Assembly (NCBI GenBank): GCA_048937405.1
Contig: JBHLNF010000012.1
Coordinates: 22,002-86,001, forward strand
Length of the DNA: 64,000 nucleotides
Direction of reading: 5' to 3'
From: Promethearchaeota archaeon
Lineage (GTDB): Archaea > Asgardarchaeota > Lokiarchaeia > Sigyniarchaeales > SOKP01
Part shown: positions 31,324 to 41,240 of the stretch, in pieces
Layout of the letters: each line of letters begins with the position of its first letter
Position numbering within the stretch: position 1 is the first letter of the stretch
The notes under the pieces: model-generated
Databases searched by the model: none
Told to the model about the DNA's origin: nothing
What the model saw: only the letters and a program-made list of their open reading frames with translations
Translations under genes and position numbers: made by a program

Positions 31324-32916
31324 TCATAACATAATCCAAGGACTATAACAATTTTTGATCTTTAGCATATATTCATCCATCGAGAACTTCATTTCTTTCT
31401 CGATTTTTTGTAAATTAACAAAATTAGCACCATCATAATAATATTTTAAAAGAAGACCGGAAATTTCTTGATTCCCTAAAGAAATCATTGTTTGAAGTCT
31501 AGCATTTTTGATAATAGTTTTATAATTCTTGAACTTCAGTTTTATCGAAGAAAATTTCTTTAATTCCCTTTCTAAAATCTGATATTTCTTTATTAAACTA
31601 TTGATGTTCTTTTCTAAGTAAAAAAAAATTTCTTTCTCATATGGTGTATTTAATTTTGGAATAAAAGGATTTACATTAATTCTAAGAGTATTTTTCTCAT
31701 AACCCAAATTATTAATTTTTTCTAATAAGTTGATGAGATCTTGAATATTAGCATCATTTTCATTTGGTAACCCTATTAGGAAATACATTTTTACATTCTT
31801 TATACGAGAATCTCTAATTTGAGTTAAAGTAGAAAGAATTTTATCATTTGATATTTTTTTGCCAAGAACATATCTTAGATTTTCTGAACCTGTTTCTGGT
31901 GCAATAGTGATAGTTTTGATATTTCCTTTTTCAAATATTTCTATTAATTCTTTATTAAGATGTTCAATGCGAATCGAAGGAATTGTTAATCTTTTTCCTC
32001 TATTAATTATGAATTCACAGATTTGTTGAAATTTAGGATGAGAAGAAACGCAAGATCCTATAAGACTAATAGTATTAAAATTAGAATATTTCATTCCATT
32101 TTCAATAATATCTATAATTTTATCAAAAGTTCTATTTCTAAATGGAGAATTATGAAACGAAGAAATGCAAAATTTACATTGATAAGGACAACCACGATTT
32201 ACTTCAACAAAAAAGTTTCCCTCAAAAATATTTTTTTCTTCTGAAGTTTTTAACATTAATTGAAAAACTGGATGAGGAGAATCATTTAAGTCTTTTATTA
32301 CTGATCTTTTAGTTTTATTTCTTAATTTGGGAACAAAAATTCCTTCAATTTTTATAACTTTTTGAAAAAATTCATCAAGATTAATCTGATTATTTTTTAG
32401 TTCAAGGTAAACGTTAAAAAACAGTCCTAAATTTGGCTCTGAATCACCAATAAATAGTATATCAAATATCTCATTTAGGGGGATAGGATTTGAAGTAACA
32501 ACTGGACCTCCTCCTATAATCATCGGAAAATGTTTTTTTCTTTGAATCATCGAGTTTTGACGTTCTTGAGAGGTTAAGGGAATGTTTGCCTTCTCCAATA
32601 TCCATAAAATATTTTTAAAATCATTTTCAAAATGTAAAGAAAAACCTAAAATATCAAAATCTTCTGGTAATACCTTAGTTTCAAGGGAACGTAAAATATT
32701 TTTTGAAGAATTATCTTTAGAAGCAGGAAATCTTAGGTATAAATCATTGGGGATAAAAATACGTTCACAGGCAATATTATCAAAAGAATTGATTAAATAA
32801 TATAGTAATCTAATAGAATATGAAGACATACCAAGTGTATATTTATTTGGGTAAATTAATCCAAACGATAATTCAATTTTTCGCCAATCCTTAACTATAG
32901 CATTTTCCCTACTCAT
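31324..32916 (-). CDS. Radical SAM protein (B12-binding-like N-terminal domain)
   Basis: RGCPYQCKFC (CxxxCxxC), IIGGGP, APETGS, YFLIGLP. Confidence 0.88.
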   Translation of the reverse strand: MSRENAIVKDWRKIELSFGLIYPNKYTLGMSSYSIRLLYYLINSFDNIACERIFIPNDLYLRFPASKDNSSKNILRSLETKVLPEDFDILGFSLHFENDFKNILWILEKANIPLTSQERQNSMIQRKKHFPMIIGGGPVVTSNPIPLNEIFDILFIGDSEPNLGLFFNVYLELKNNQINLDEFFQKVIKIEGIFVPKLRNKTKRSVIKDLNDSPHPVFQLMLKTSEEKNIFEGNFFVEVNRGCPYQCKFCISSFHNSPFRNRTFDKIIDIIENGMKYSNFNTISLIGSCVSSHPKFQQICEFIINRGKRLTIPSIRIEHLNKELIEIFEKGNIKTITIAPETGSENLRYVLGKKISNDKILSTLTQIRDSRIKNVKMYFLIGLPNENDANIQDLINLLEKINNLGYEKNTLRINVNPFIPKLNTPYEKEIFFYLEKNINSLIKKYQILERELKKFSSIKLKFKNYKTIIKNARLQTMISLGNQEISGLLLKYYYDGANFVNLQKIEKEMKFSMDEYMLKIKNCYSPWIML

Positions 32917-32952
32917 ATAAAATAACTTTAAACCTTAAACTTTTAAAAATCA

Positions 32953-33759
32953 TTAATTTTGAATTTTAAATTGATTTGTTCCTTTAATTTTTTTAATTTC
33001 TTCTACAATTAATGGCAATACAATCCCAATTTTTTGATTGATTACTATTTCAGCACGCTCATCTAAATAGGTAGGTTCATCGTTAATAATTATTAATTTT
33101 CCTCCTTCCTTTAATGTATAGAGTGGTAAATCACAAATTGGGGCAACCTCGAGGGAGGAACCCGCTATTACCATGATATCTGATTTTTTTGCCAAATCTA
33201 TAGACATATATTTTTCAAAATTGGGAAGATTTTCTCCAAATAAAACAACAGATGGTTTCAAGGGTGATGCGCAGGAATCACATATGGGAGGTAAATCTTT
33301 TTCTTTTTTTGTTTTCTGTAAAACTATTTCTTTATTATAACTTGCACGACATCCTAAACAAGTATATCTATTTATATTTCCATGAACTTCATACACTATT
33401 ATAGATCCTGCTTTTTGATGTAATCCATCAATGTTTTGTGTGATGATTGCTTTAATAATATTCATTTTTTCAAGAGAAGTGATAGCATAATGAGCAGGAT
33501 TAGGATTAGCATTGAGCAAAGTAGGTGCTATATCTTCTGCCATTTTCCAAAATTTTGATGGATCTTTTAGGAACGATTGAATAGTACCATAAATTTCTGG
33601 TTTGTATTTTTTCCAAATTCCATTTTCCCCTCTAAAGTCAGGAATTCCAGATTCTGTTGAAATTCCTGCACCTGTTAATATAATTGCATTTTTAGAATTT
33701 GCTAATAATTCTGAAGCTTTGATAATTTTATTTTTATCAATTGGGGTTAATATATTCAT
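32953..33759 (-). CDS. cobB: NAD-dependent protein deacylase (Sir2/CobB family)
   Basis: GAGISTESGIPDFRG, TQNIDGLH, HG, CxxC pairs, VVLFGE. Confidence 0.95.
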   Translation of the reverse strand: MNILTPIDKNKIIKASELLANSKNAIILTGAGISTESGIPDFRGENGIWKKYKPEIYGTIQSFLKDPSKFWKMAEDIAPTLLNANPNPAHYAITSLEKMNIIKAIITQNIDGLHQKAGSIIVYEVHGNINRYTCLGCRASYNKEIVLQKTKKEKDLPPICDSCASPLKPSVVLFGENLPNFEKYMSIDLAKKSDIMVIAGSSLEVAPICDLPLYTLKEGGKLIIINDEPTYLDERAEIVINQKIGIVLPLIVEEIKKIKGTNQFKIQN

Positions 33760-33957
33760 TTTTATTAGAATAATGTATTTTTAGCTTTTTAAAACTTTAA
33801 GTTTTAATAAAATTTGTACTTATAGATTTAATTATCTAAGATTTACCAAAATTTTTGCATTTTTTTAATAAGAAATCAAAAAAAATTAATATATTCAAGT
33901 ATTTTTTCATCCATAAAGCTAATTTATAACTTTTTACTCCCTTAAAGGCTTGAAGAT

Positions 33958-34854
33958 TTGATCTCTGGTTTTACGATTATTTTAGAAGATGATATTTTAT
34001 TTTGTTCTGATGAAAATAAATACAATGTTTTTGAGATAGTATTATTTGTTGAAAAACTACTGAATTTTTTTCAATGGAGATTAAAAAACATCTGTTTAAA
34101 AAATCGAAAAATGGGCAGAGAAAGGATTATTGTTGATCATATAATTACAAATGCAGGTCAGAATCTATTCTTTTGTTGTGTAGGTAATTTTAGTGTAGGC
34201 TCTAAGGAAGCGTTTAAAATGTTAAAAGAATTTCGTAATCAAGTTAGAAAGCAATATAAAGATCTTTCTCGATTAAAATTTGCTTCAGAAGAGCCAACAT
34301 TTACTCAAGTGATTAATTTGATAGTAGAATATCTATACGACAAATATTTAGAACCATTAGAAGAAGAAATAATTTTTGAAGAATTAATTAATGATATTGA
34401 AAATAATATATTATATGCAGGAATTTCTGCTCAAGGATTACCAATAATTTCTCAACTATATGATGAAAATCTTATAAAAAGTTTTGATAAAGATAAAACT
34501 GATGAAAATATTGAGTTATTTACTTCAGACTTATCCGCTAAATTAGCAACTATATCTATGAATACCCAAATTCGTACAAAAACAAAAATTAAAGAAATTC
34601 ATTTAGAGGACAATAGAGATATTCAAAATAGTATTGCTAAAAAAGTAATATTATTTGGAAATATTAACGGTTATTCAATAGATTTCATAGCAACAGGTAA
34701 TTTTTACAAAATACAATCGGTTTTTAAACAATTTAAATCAAAAATGGCATTAGATTCCGCATTTAAGAATGAATTTTCAGGAGATTTAAGACCATTTAAG
34801 CATTTAAAATATTATCTTAATGAAGTTGTAAAAGAATTTGATCAAATATATTAA
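33958..34854 (+). CDS. Hypothetical protein, possibly tandem longin/roadblock-like domains
   Basis: Two beta-beta-alpha-like starts (ISGFTIILED...; ILYAGISAQGLPII); fold call is tentative. Confidence 0.5.
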   Translation: MISGFTIILEDDILFCSDENKYNVFEIVLFVEKLLNFFQWRLKNICLKNRKMGRERIIVDHIITNAGQNLFFCCVGNFSVGSKEAFKMLKEFRNQVRKQYKDLSRLKFASEEPTFTQVINLIVEYLYDKYLEPLEEEIIFEELINDIENNILYAGISAQGLPIISQLYDENLIKSFDKDKTDENIELFTSDLSAKLATISMNTQIRTKTKIKEIHLEDNRDIQNSIAKKVILFGNINGYSIDFIATGNFYKIQSVFKQFKSKMALDSAFKNEFSGDLRPFKHLKYYLNEVVKEFDQIY

Positions 34855-34869
34855 TTATGCAAATTTTTA

Positions 34870-36174
34870 ATGATTTTGATGAAAGCTGTAATTTTAGCGG
34901 CAGGAGAAGGAAAAAGACTTAGACCTATTACATCCTCCTTACCAAAACCAATGATTCTTTTACTTGGAAAACCTATTTTAGAACATATTATAATGGGATT
35001 GAAAAAAATTGGAATAGATCATATTTTAATAATTGTTGGATATAAACAAGAGATAATAAAGGAATATTTTGATAAAGCAGCGACACAAATTAATGTTAAA
35101 ATTGAATATATTGAACAAGAAGAATATTTAGGTACTGCTAATGCGGCGAGTTATGCTAAAAAATTCGTAAAAGATGATTCTTTTCTGATGATGTATGGAG
35201 ATATTTTCGTTGATACTGAAATTTTTAAAGACATCTTACAAAAATATAACCAAAATAAGGTTGATGGGTTAATTGCCTTAAAAAAGGTAAAAAATCCCCA
35301 AGATTATGGAATTATAACGTTAAATTCTCAAGGGTTGGTAGAAAAAATAATTGAAAAACCAACAATCCAGCAAATGGCTGGAAATTTAGCTAATGCCGGA
35401 ATTTATATCTTCAATCATTTGATTTTTAAAGCAATTGATAAAACTCAGAAATCTCCTCGAGATGAATATGAATTTACAGATTCAATACAGATATTGACTA
35501 ATGAATTAAATGGTAAAATCGTAGGGTTTCCTCTTGAAGACTACTTTTGGAATGATATTGGATTACCATGGCAATTATTTGATACTAATCATTTTTTATT
35601 AGATAAATTAAAAAAAGAAATCAATGGAAATGTTGAGGAAAACGTTAAAATTAATGGAGAAGTATTTATAGGCAAAAATACTATTATAAAATCTGGTACG
35701 TATATTCAAGGCCCGTGTTTTATTGGAGAAAATAACAGAATAGGTCCAAATGCCTTTTTACGTCCCTATACGTCGATTGAAAATAATTGTCATATCGGAA
35801 TGTCTGAAATTAAAAATTCACTGATATTCTCTGATAGCTCTGTTCCACATTTTAATTATGTAGGAGATAGTATTATTTGCTCTAAGGTGAATTTGGGTGC
35901 TGGGACAAAATTATCTAACTTGCGTTTTGATAAAAAATCGATTAAAATGAAGATAAACAATAAATTGATCGATTCAGGTCGGAGAAAATTAGGTGCTATT
36001 ATTGGTCCTAATTCCCAAACAGGTATCAATACAAGTATTATGTGTGGAAAAAAAGTAGGTCAAAATTCTATTATTGGAGCACATACAATAGTTGATGAAG
36101 ACGTCAGTCCTAACACTTTCTACTATCAAGATTCAAATGGAAAAATAATAAAAAAGCCAATTCAGATTAAATAA
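34870..36174 (+). CDS. glmU: GlmU-like bifunctional sugar-1-phosphate nucleotidylyltransferase/acetyltransferase
   Basis: AVILAAGEGKRLRPIT..PKP; hexapeptide repeats; PHFNYVGDS; GRRKLGAIIG. Confidence 0.9.
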   Translation: MILMKAVILAAGEGKRLRPITSSLPKPMILLLGKPILEHIIMGLKKIGIDHILIIVGYKQEIIKEYFDKAATQINVKIEYIEQEEYLGTANAASYAKKFVKDDSFLMMYGDIFVDTEIFKDILQKYNQNKVDGLIALKKVKNPQDYGIITLNSQGLVEKIIEKPTIQQMAGNLANAGIYIFNHLIFKAIDKTQKSPRDEYEFTDSIQILTNELNGKIVGFPLEDYFWNDIGLPWQLFDTNHFLLDKLKKEINGNVEENVKINGEVFIGKNTIIKSGTYIQGPCFIGENNRIGPNAFLRPYTSIENNCHIGMSEIKNSLIFSDSSVPHFNYVGDSIICSKVNLGAGTKLSNLRFDKKSIKMKINNKLIDSGRRKLGAIIGPNSQTGINTSIMCGKKVGQNSIIGAHTIVDEDVSPNTFYYQDSNGKIIKKPIQIK

Positions 36175-36175
36175 A

Positions 36176-36985
36176 TTAATCAGAATCACTTTCTTCTTCA
36201 GAAGAGCCGATTTCTTTAGAATTGGATTCAACTTTTGCATTTACAGGCTCATCTGCACTTTTTGGATGCCATAATTTTTTTACATTAATTCTCTCAGATC
36301 GTTTTATTTCTGATTTTCGAGATCTTTTTATATCAACTTCTACGATATCGAACTCATCATCAGGAATCTCTTTATCCTCTCCTCCTTCTGGAATTGAAAC
36401 TATTTTACTCTTGATTAGTACAGAATTTGATAATGGATAAATAGTTTTAGCAACGCGCTGAATTTGGTTATCGAGTTCTCGTGAAATCATTGCTTTAATG
36501 AACTTTTCATGATTGTATAAAGAAGCAAATTCACGGAGTACTTCATCCATTATTTTTCTTATTAATTCAATTTGAGAACTTCTTGCACGTTTTATTGTTG
36601 TACAAATTCCAGTAACTCGAAAAACATAACCATCTTTTGTTGTTAAATTTTTTATGATTTGTATTTTTGAACTACCCCTTCCAATCAAAGATCTAATAAA
36701 ATCACTAGTATATTGATGTCCATAAAAAATAGAATCCGCTTTTCCATTTTCAAAATTTAGATTAGAAACTTTAAAAAGAAGCTTTAAACTAATATCTGAA
36801 TATTTTCCAGTAAAGTCGTAAAGAAGGTTTTCCACAGTTCTTCCAGCAATAGTATCTTCTAAACCTATTATTTCTCCAATTTCTTTATTATTAAAAATCT
36901 TTGGAGCATAAATCGTAATCCATTTTTTATCTGCCCATTTTACTTTCTTAACTTTAGGTTTTTTTTTTCTCGATTTTGAACTCAA
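36176..36985 (-). CDS. rps3ae: Ribosomal protein eS1 (S3Ae) with long charged C-terminal tail
   Basis: DKKWITIYAP, GRTVE, KTIYPL; follows uS15; GGAGG SD and TTG start. Confidence 0.93.
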   Translation of the reverse strand: MSSKSRKKKPKVKKVKWADKKWITIYAPKIFNNKEIGEIIGLEDTIAGRTVENLLYDFTGKYSDISLKLLFKVSNLNFENGKADSIFYGHQYTSDFIRSLIGRGSSKIQIIKNLTTKDGYVFRVTGICTTIKRARSSQIELIRKIMDEVLREFASLYNHEKFIKAMISRELDNQIQRVAKTIYPLSNSVLIKSKIVSIPEGGEDKEIPDDEFDIVEVDIKRSRKSEIKRSERINVKKLWHPKSADEPVNAKVESNSKEIGSSEEESDSD

Positions 36986-37000
36986 TTAAATCCTCCCTCT

Positions 37001-37459
37001 TTATCTAGCAACTAAAGTTCTAATCTTTTCTGGATCATATTTAAAATCCTGTGCTAAAACTTTCTTCTTTTTGTAATATTTTATCAACCTGTAGATTTTG
37101 GATTCACAACGGTTAAGCCCCTTCTTGGACTCTAAGTCCTTGTGATTTGTTTCAAGATGTTTTCTGATATTTAGAGCTTTTTTTACCAAGTTAGCAAGTT
37201 CCTCAGGTAAAGGGCCTTTAATATCATTTTCTTCAAGAATTTGACTAACTTTCTTACCAGTAACAACTTTAACTAGTGGTACGCCTCGTGCATCTCTCAT
37301 TATAGTTCCAATCATTGATTTTGATTGCCCTTTTCTAGCTAGCTTGACAACTTCATTCTCAACTTCCTCGGGAGATAGCTCTACCCAGACTGGTTTTTCC
37401 AATCTCGCAGGTCGGGTACTTCCCGCCTTTCCTTTTTTTCTTGAATGCATCCTTGCCAT
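37001..37459 (-). CDS. rps15: Ribosomal protein uS15 (S15P/S13e)
   Basis: MARMHSRKKGKAGSTRP...ESKIYRLIKYY. Confidence 0.97.
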   Translation of the reverse strand: MARMHSRKKGKAGSTRPARLEKPVWVELSPEEVENEVVKLARKGQSKSMIGTIMRDARGVPLVKVVTGKKVSQILEENDIKGPLPEELANLVKKALNIRKHLETNHKDLESKKGLNRCESKIYRLIKYYKKKKVLAQDFKYDPEKIRTLVAR

Positions 37460-37617
37460 AATATCTCAGAAAAAAACAAATCTTACTATATTTGATATAA
37501 TTTTTAATGAAATCTCAAAAATAAAATTTTGGAATTTTAAGCTGTAAGTGAGAATTTCTATAAATTTTTATTGGGTTAATAAATTTCGATTATTAATTAT
37601 TTTGCATTATTAAAAAT

Positions 37618-38205
37618 ATGGAAATAAAAGAAATTACAATCTATTTTGTTACTGGAAATATTCATAAATTTCATGAGATTTCTGATCTTTTCTCAAAAGC
37701 AAATATTAATTACACTTTAAAACGAAGTGAGATTAAATCTACTGAAATCCAAGCAACTAATATAAAAGATGTAGCCTCATTTAAGTTGAATAGTATAAAA
37801 GGACAAATTAATAGTTCATATTTTATAGAAGATGCGGGATTCTTTGTAGATATCCCTCTAAATGGTTTTCCAGGTGTATATTCTTCATACGTTATGAAAA
37901 CTATTGGAAATAAAGGGATATTAAATTTAATTAATAATTTTAATGAAAGTCAAGCTCATTTTACTTCCGTAATTGCTCTATACTTTAAACCTCATGATAA
38001 AAATTATTATTTTGAGGGAACGGTTTATGGAAAGGTTTCAAATACAATAAAAGGATCAAGTGGTTTTGGTTTTGATCCTATTTTTCTTCCTAATGCACTT
38101 CCAAATAAAACCTTTGCAGAATTAACAACAGAAGAGAAAAATAAAATTTCTCATCGAGGAGTAGCTTGGAATAAATTTATTAAATTTTTAATTGAAAATA
38201 GATAG
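37618..38205 (+). CDS. rdgB: Non-canonical purine NTP pyrophosphatase (RdgB/HAM1)
   Basis: TGNIHK, EDAG, GFPGVYS, GFGFDPIF, KNKISHRG. Confidence 0.95.
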   Translation: MEIKEITIYFVTGNIHKFHEISDLFSKANINYTLKRSEIKSTEIQATNIKDVASFKLNSIKGQINSSYFIEDAGFFVDIPLNGFPGVYSSYVMKTIGNKGILNLINNFNESQAHFTSVIALYFKPHDKNYYFEGTVYGKVSNTIKGSSGFGFDPIFLPNALPNKTFAELTTEEKNKISHRGVAWNKFIKFLIENR

Positions 38206-38235
38206 AATATTTTTAATTCTTATTTAATCTCATTT

Positions 38236-41205
38236 TTAGAATGTTTGTCGGAAGATATCCATAATACTTTTCTTGTGGAAAAATTTAGCTAAAATTACAT
38301 AAGTTCCGAAAAATGCAAAAGTAATAGAGAGTATAAATACTCTAAATAATATATCCATTGGAACTGCAAAAATTACCGGCATCTCAGTCATAAGAGATAA
38401 ATTAGTCTGTAGAAGATAAGCAGTAAACGTACCTATTATCGTTCCCATAATACCAGCTGCAAGTAAAATTATCATACTTTCTATTAAAAACATATTTCGA
38501 ACATTTCTAGTTTTCATTCCCATTGATCTAAGAATACCAATTTCAAATTTTCTTTCTAAAATTACAGCATACATACTACTAACTAACCCAAAAATACATA
38601 TTATTATCGTAAACATTAAAATTAATTCCATAAGAAAACTCTGTCTTTCTGTCATAGCTTCCATGAAATTAATTTTAGAAATCGCATCATCTATTAATAT
38701 ATCTTTTTCTTGATACATCATACGAATATTCTCCTTAGTTTCTTTAATATTTTCTTCAGATTTTTCTATCAAATTTATAAAAACTTTATCGACAATCATA
38801 TCTCTCTCTCCAGGATTATCAATTTTCATTAATCGTATATAATTCTCTAGAGATACCATAACTCCTCCTCCATTGGCAGACATTTCATTAGTTCGGAAAT
38901 TATAAAATCCAGGAATACCTCCTGAAATTCCAACTACTCTAAATAAAGTAACATTACCATGATCATTTTCAATTTGAGGATCATAGAAAGTAATTCTTAC
39001 ATATTCCCCAACTTCTCTAATATTAAGTAAACTTGCGACAGATTTTGCTATTATACATGTATTATTAAATGCAAATAATTCATTAAAGGAATATTCTGTA
39101 TTACTATCTTCACTTCCCCAAATTAATAAATTTTTATCAATTAGATCAACAAATTCTTCATTAATACCTATAAATCCAGCATTTACTACATCAAAATCCA
39201 TGATATCTCCCACCGTGGTTTGAAGTTTAGTTTCTTCTTGAGCCGTATAAAATTGTATTATATTCATTAATGCTTCTTCTGATGATTCTCCTGAAAACCC
39301 AACCTGTCCCTCACTCACTTCAAATAATGTAGCTAACGTGGCTTGAAAATCGAAAGTATTATGAAGTGATATCGCTAATTTATCTAATCCCGGCATAGTT
39401 TCTAATTCTTCAACCATTTCAAGAGTTAAAGCACCTTCAGGGCTATATATATCTTGATTTATTAATACTAAATCTGATCCATATTGAAACCTTAAATTTA
39501 AAGAGGTATTTTTTGATTGCATTTCAGAAACACTTGTTATAAAAAAGATAAATGAAAAACTAATAGCAAACATGATAACAGTACTAGTATTACGCCTTCG
39601 ATAACGTTTTAAGGAAATTGAAAGTATATTTCTATATTTTCTTATAAAAGGTGAAATCACTCCTAAAAAGATTTTCTGAATTAATGGAATTATACCAACT
39701 GAAGCGAAAACAAGACCGATTACAATTGCAGAAAGTAAACCAACAAATAATCCCATAGTTAACATGAAATCACCAGTAACAAAAATATTTGGCATAAGGA
39801 CAAAAACAATCATCCCAATAGTAGCAACTGCAATACCGGTAAGAAAACTTTTTACATTCATACTCCCTTCTTTCTTAATCTCCCACCCTTCTTCTTTAGT
39901 TTGGAAAGGAGTTATCGATTTTATAATATTCATCTTTGCTGCTTTTATAGCAGGTAATAAAGCTACTGCTAAAGAAGCTATTGTTCCAATTCCAAATGTT
40001 ATTAAAATTGTGTCAGGTTGAATAACCCATTCTACTTCTTCAAATTCAAAAGTAAAACCATACATGGGGAATATTAAACGAGCTATTGGTCTCAGTAAAG
40101 TTCCACCTAAAAGCATTCCAATGACAGATCCGATAAGACCTAGCATTAGACCCTCAAAAATTACCATTTTTATTGGATATGATTTTCTTCCCCCAACAAC
40201 TCTAGTAATTCCAAACTCTCTTTGACGTTCTTCTACTGAAGTAGATAAGATACTATTTATTAATATACCTGTTATTAATGTAGAAAGGATAATAATAACC
40301 CAAAATATTATAGAAATCATCATTAACATGAATTGACCCCCTTCAAGTTCCTCTAATTTCGGGAGATTAACAGTATACTCATCGAGTTCTAATCGATCCT
40401 GAATCCTCATACCTAATATGCGTAATTTTCTAGTTGTTCGATCTACATCACTTGCATCATAAACAGATTTTGGGTTAGCAATAGTCCCTACGATAAAATT
40501 TATTTGTCCTTCTCGCTGTAAAAATAATTGAGCTTGTTGTAAATTAACAAGAATTAAAGATGATTCGAATTGCATAAATTTAAGATCTTGAATGCAAATT
40601 TCTGCAACTGTCAGATTTATTTCATAAGTTTGATATTTTAGATTTATATTGTCACCTTTACTAACGTTAAGAATTTCTGCAGCATTCCATAGGAGAACAC
40701 ATTCACCATTATCTGGCTCTTGATCATAAATCTCATCAGTTTCTTTTCCTTCATCATCTACAATGATCAAATCTCCTATATCTCCATTTGTAGCTTCTTT
40801 TATAAAATCAATACCATATAGTTGCAGAGAACCACTTGTGTTTATTTTATTAGAAGTTGTTGTAACTAGCATTGAAATACGTGGAAATAATTCCTCAATC
40901 CCCTCAATATCCTTCAATTCATTATTAATAATATCTTCTTCAAAGAAGGGATCGAATGTTAAATCAGTTTGAATTGTCCGAGTAATCATAATGTCACTCT
41001 TTCCAGTTGTCGAGGTGACATATAATAAATAATTATAATTTACAGTATCATTTAACATACCAATAACCGTTAATAGAAATAATGAAATTGCAATGCCAGA
41101 TATCCCAAAGATTGCTTTTATTTTATCTCGTTTGAGATCGAGCCAAGAATGCTTAAAGAATTGAAAATTTACTTTTTTTTTTTGCTTCTTTTTAATTCCA
41201 CTCAA
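38236..41205 (-). CDS. FtsX/MacB-like ABC permease (internally duplicated)
   Basis: SVEERQREFGITRVVG and LERKFEIGILRSMG; two large extracellular domains. Confidence 0.9.
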   Translation of the reverse strand: MSGIKKKQKKKVNFQFFKHSWLDLKRDKIKAIFGISGIAISLFLLTVIGMLNDTVNYNYLLYVTSTTGKSDIMITRTIQTDLTFDPFFEEDIINNELKDIEGIEELFPRISMLVTTTSNKINTSGSLQLYGIDFIKEATNGDIGDLIIVDDEGKETDEIYDQEPDNGECVLLWNAAEILNVSKGDNINLKYQTYEINLTVAEICIQDLKFMQFESSLILVNLQQAQLFLQREGQINFIVGTIANPKSVYDASDVDRTTRKLRILGMRIQDRLELDEYTVNLPKLEELEGGQFMLMMISIIFWVIIILSTLITGILINSILSTSVEERQREFGITRVVGGRKSYPIKMVIFEGLMLGLIGSVIGMLLGGTLLRPIARLIFPMYGFTFEFEEVEWVIQPDTILITFGIGTIASLAVALLPAIKAAKMNIIKSITPFQTKEEGWEIKKEGSMNVKSFLTGIAVATIGMIVFVLMPNIFVTGDFMLTMGLFVGLLSAIVIGLVFASVGIIPLIQKIFLGVISPFIRKYRNILSISLKRYRRRNTSTVIMFAISFSFIFFITSVSEMQSKNTSLNLRFQYGSDLVLINQDIYSPEGALTLEMVEELETMPGLDKLAISLHNTFDFQATLATLFEVSEGQVGFSGESSEEALMNIIQFYTAQEETKLQTTVGDIMDFDVVNAGFIGINEEFVDLIDKNLLIWGSEDSNTEYSFNELFAFNNTCIIAKSVASLLNIREVGEYVRITFYDPQIENDHGNVTLFRVVGISGGIPGFYNFRTNEMSANGGGVMVSLENYIRLMKIDNPGERDMIVDKVFINLIEKSEENIKETKENIRMMYQEKDILIDDAISKINFMEAMTERQSFLMELILMFTIIICIFGLVSSMYAVILERKFEIGILRSMGMKTRNVRNMFLIESMIILLAAGIMGTIIGTFTAYLLQTNLSLMTEMPVIFAVPMDILFRVFILSITFAFFGTYVILAKFFHKKSIMDIFRQTF

Positions 41206-41240
41206 TTTCGTATCCTTTTAACATAGTTCTTAAATTTTCA

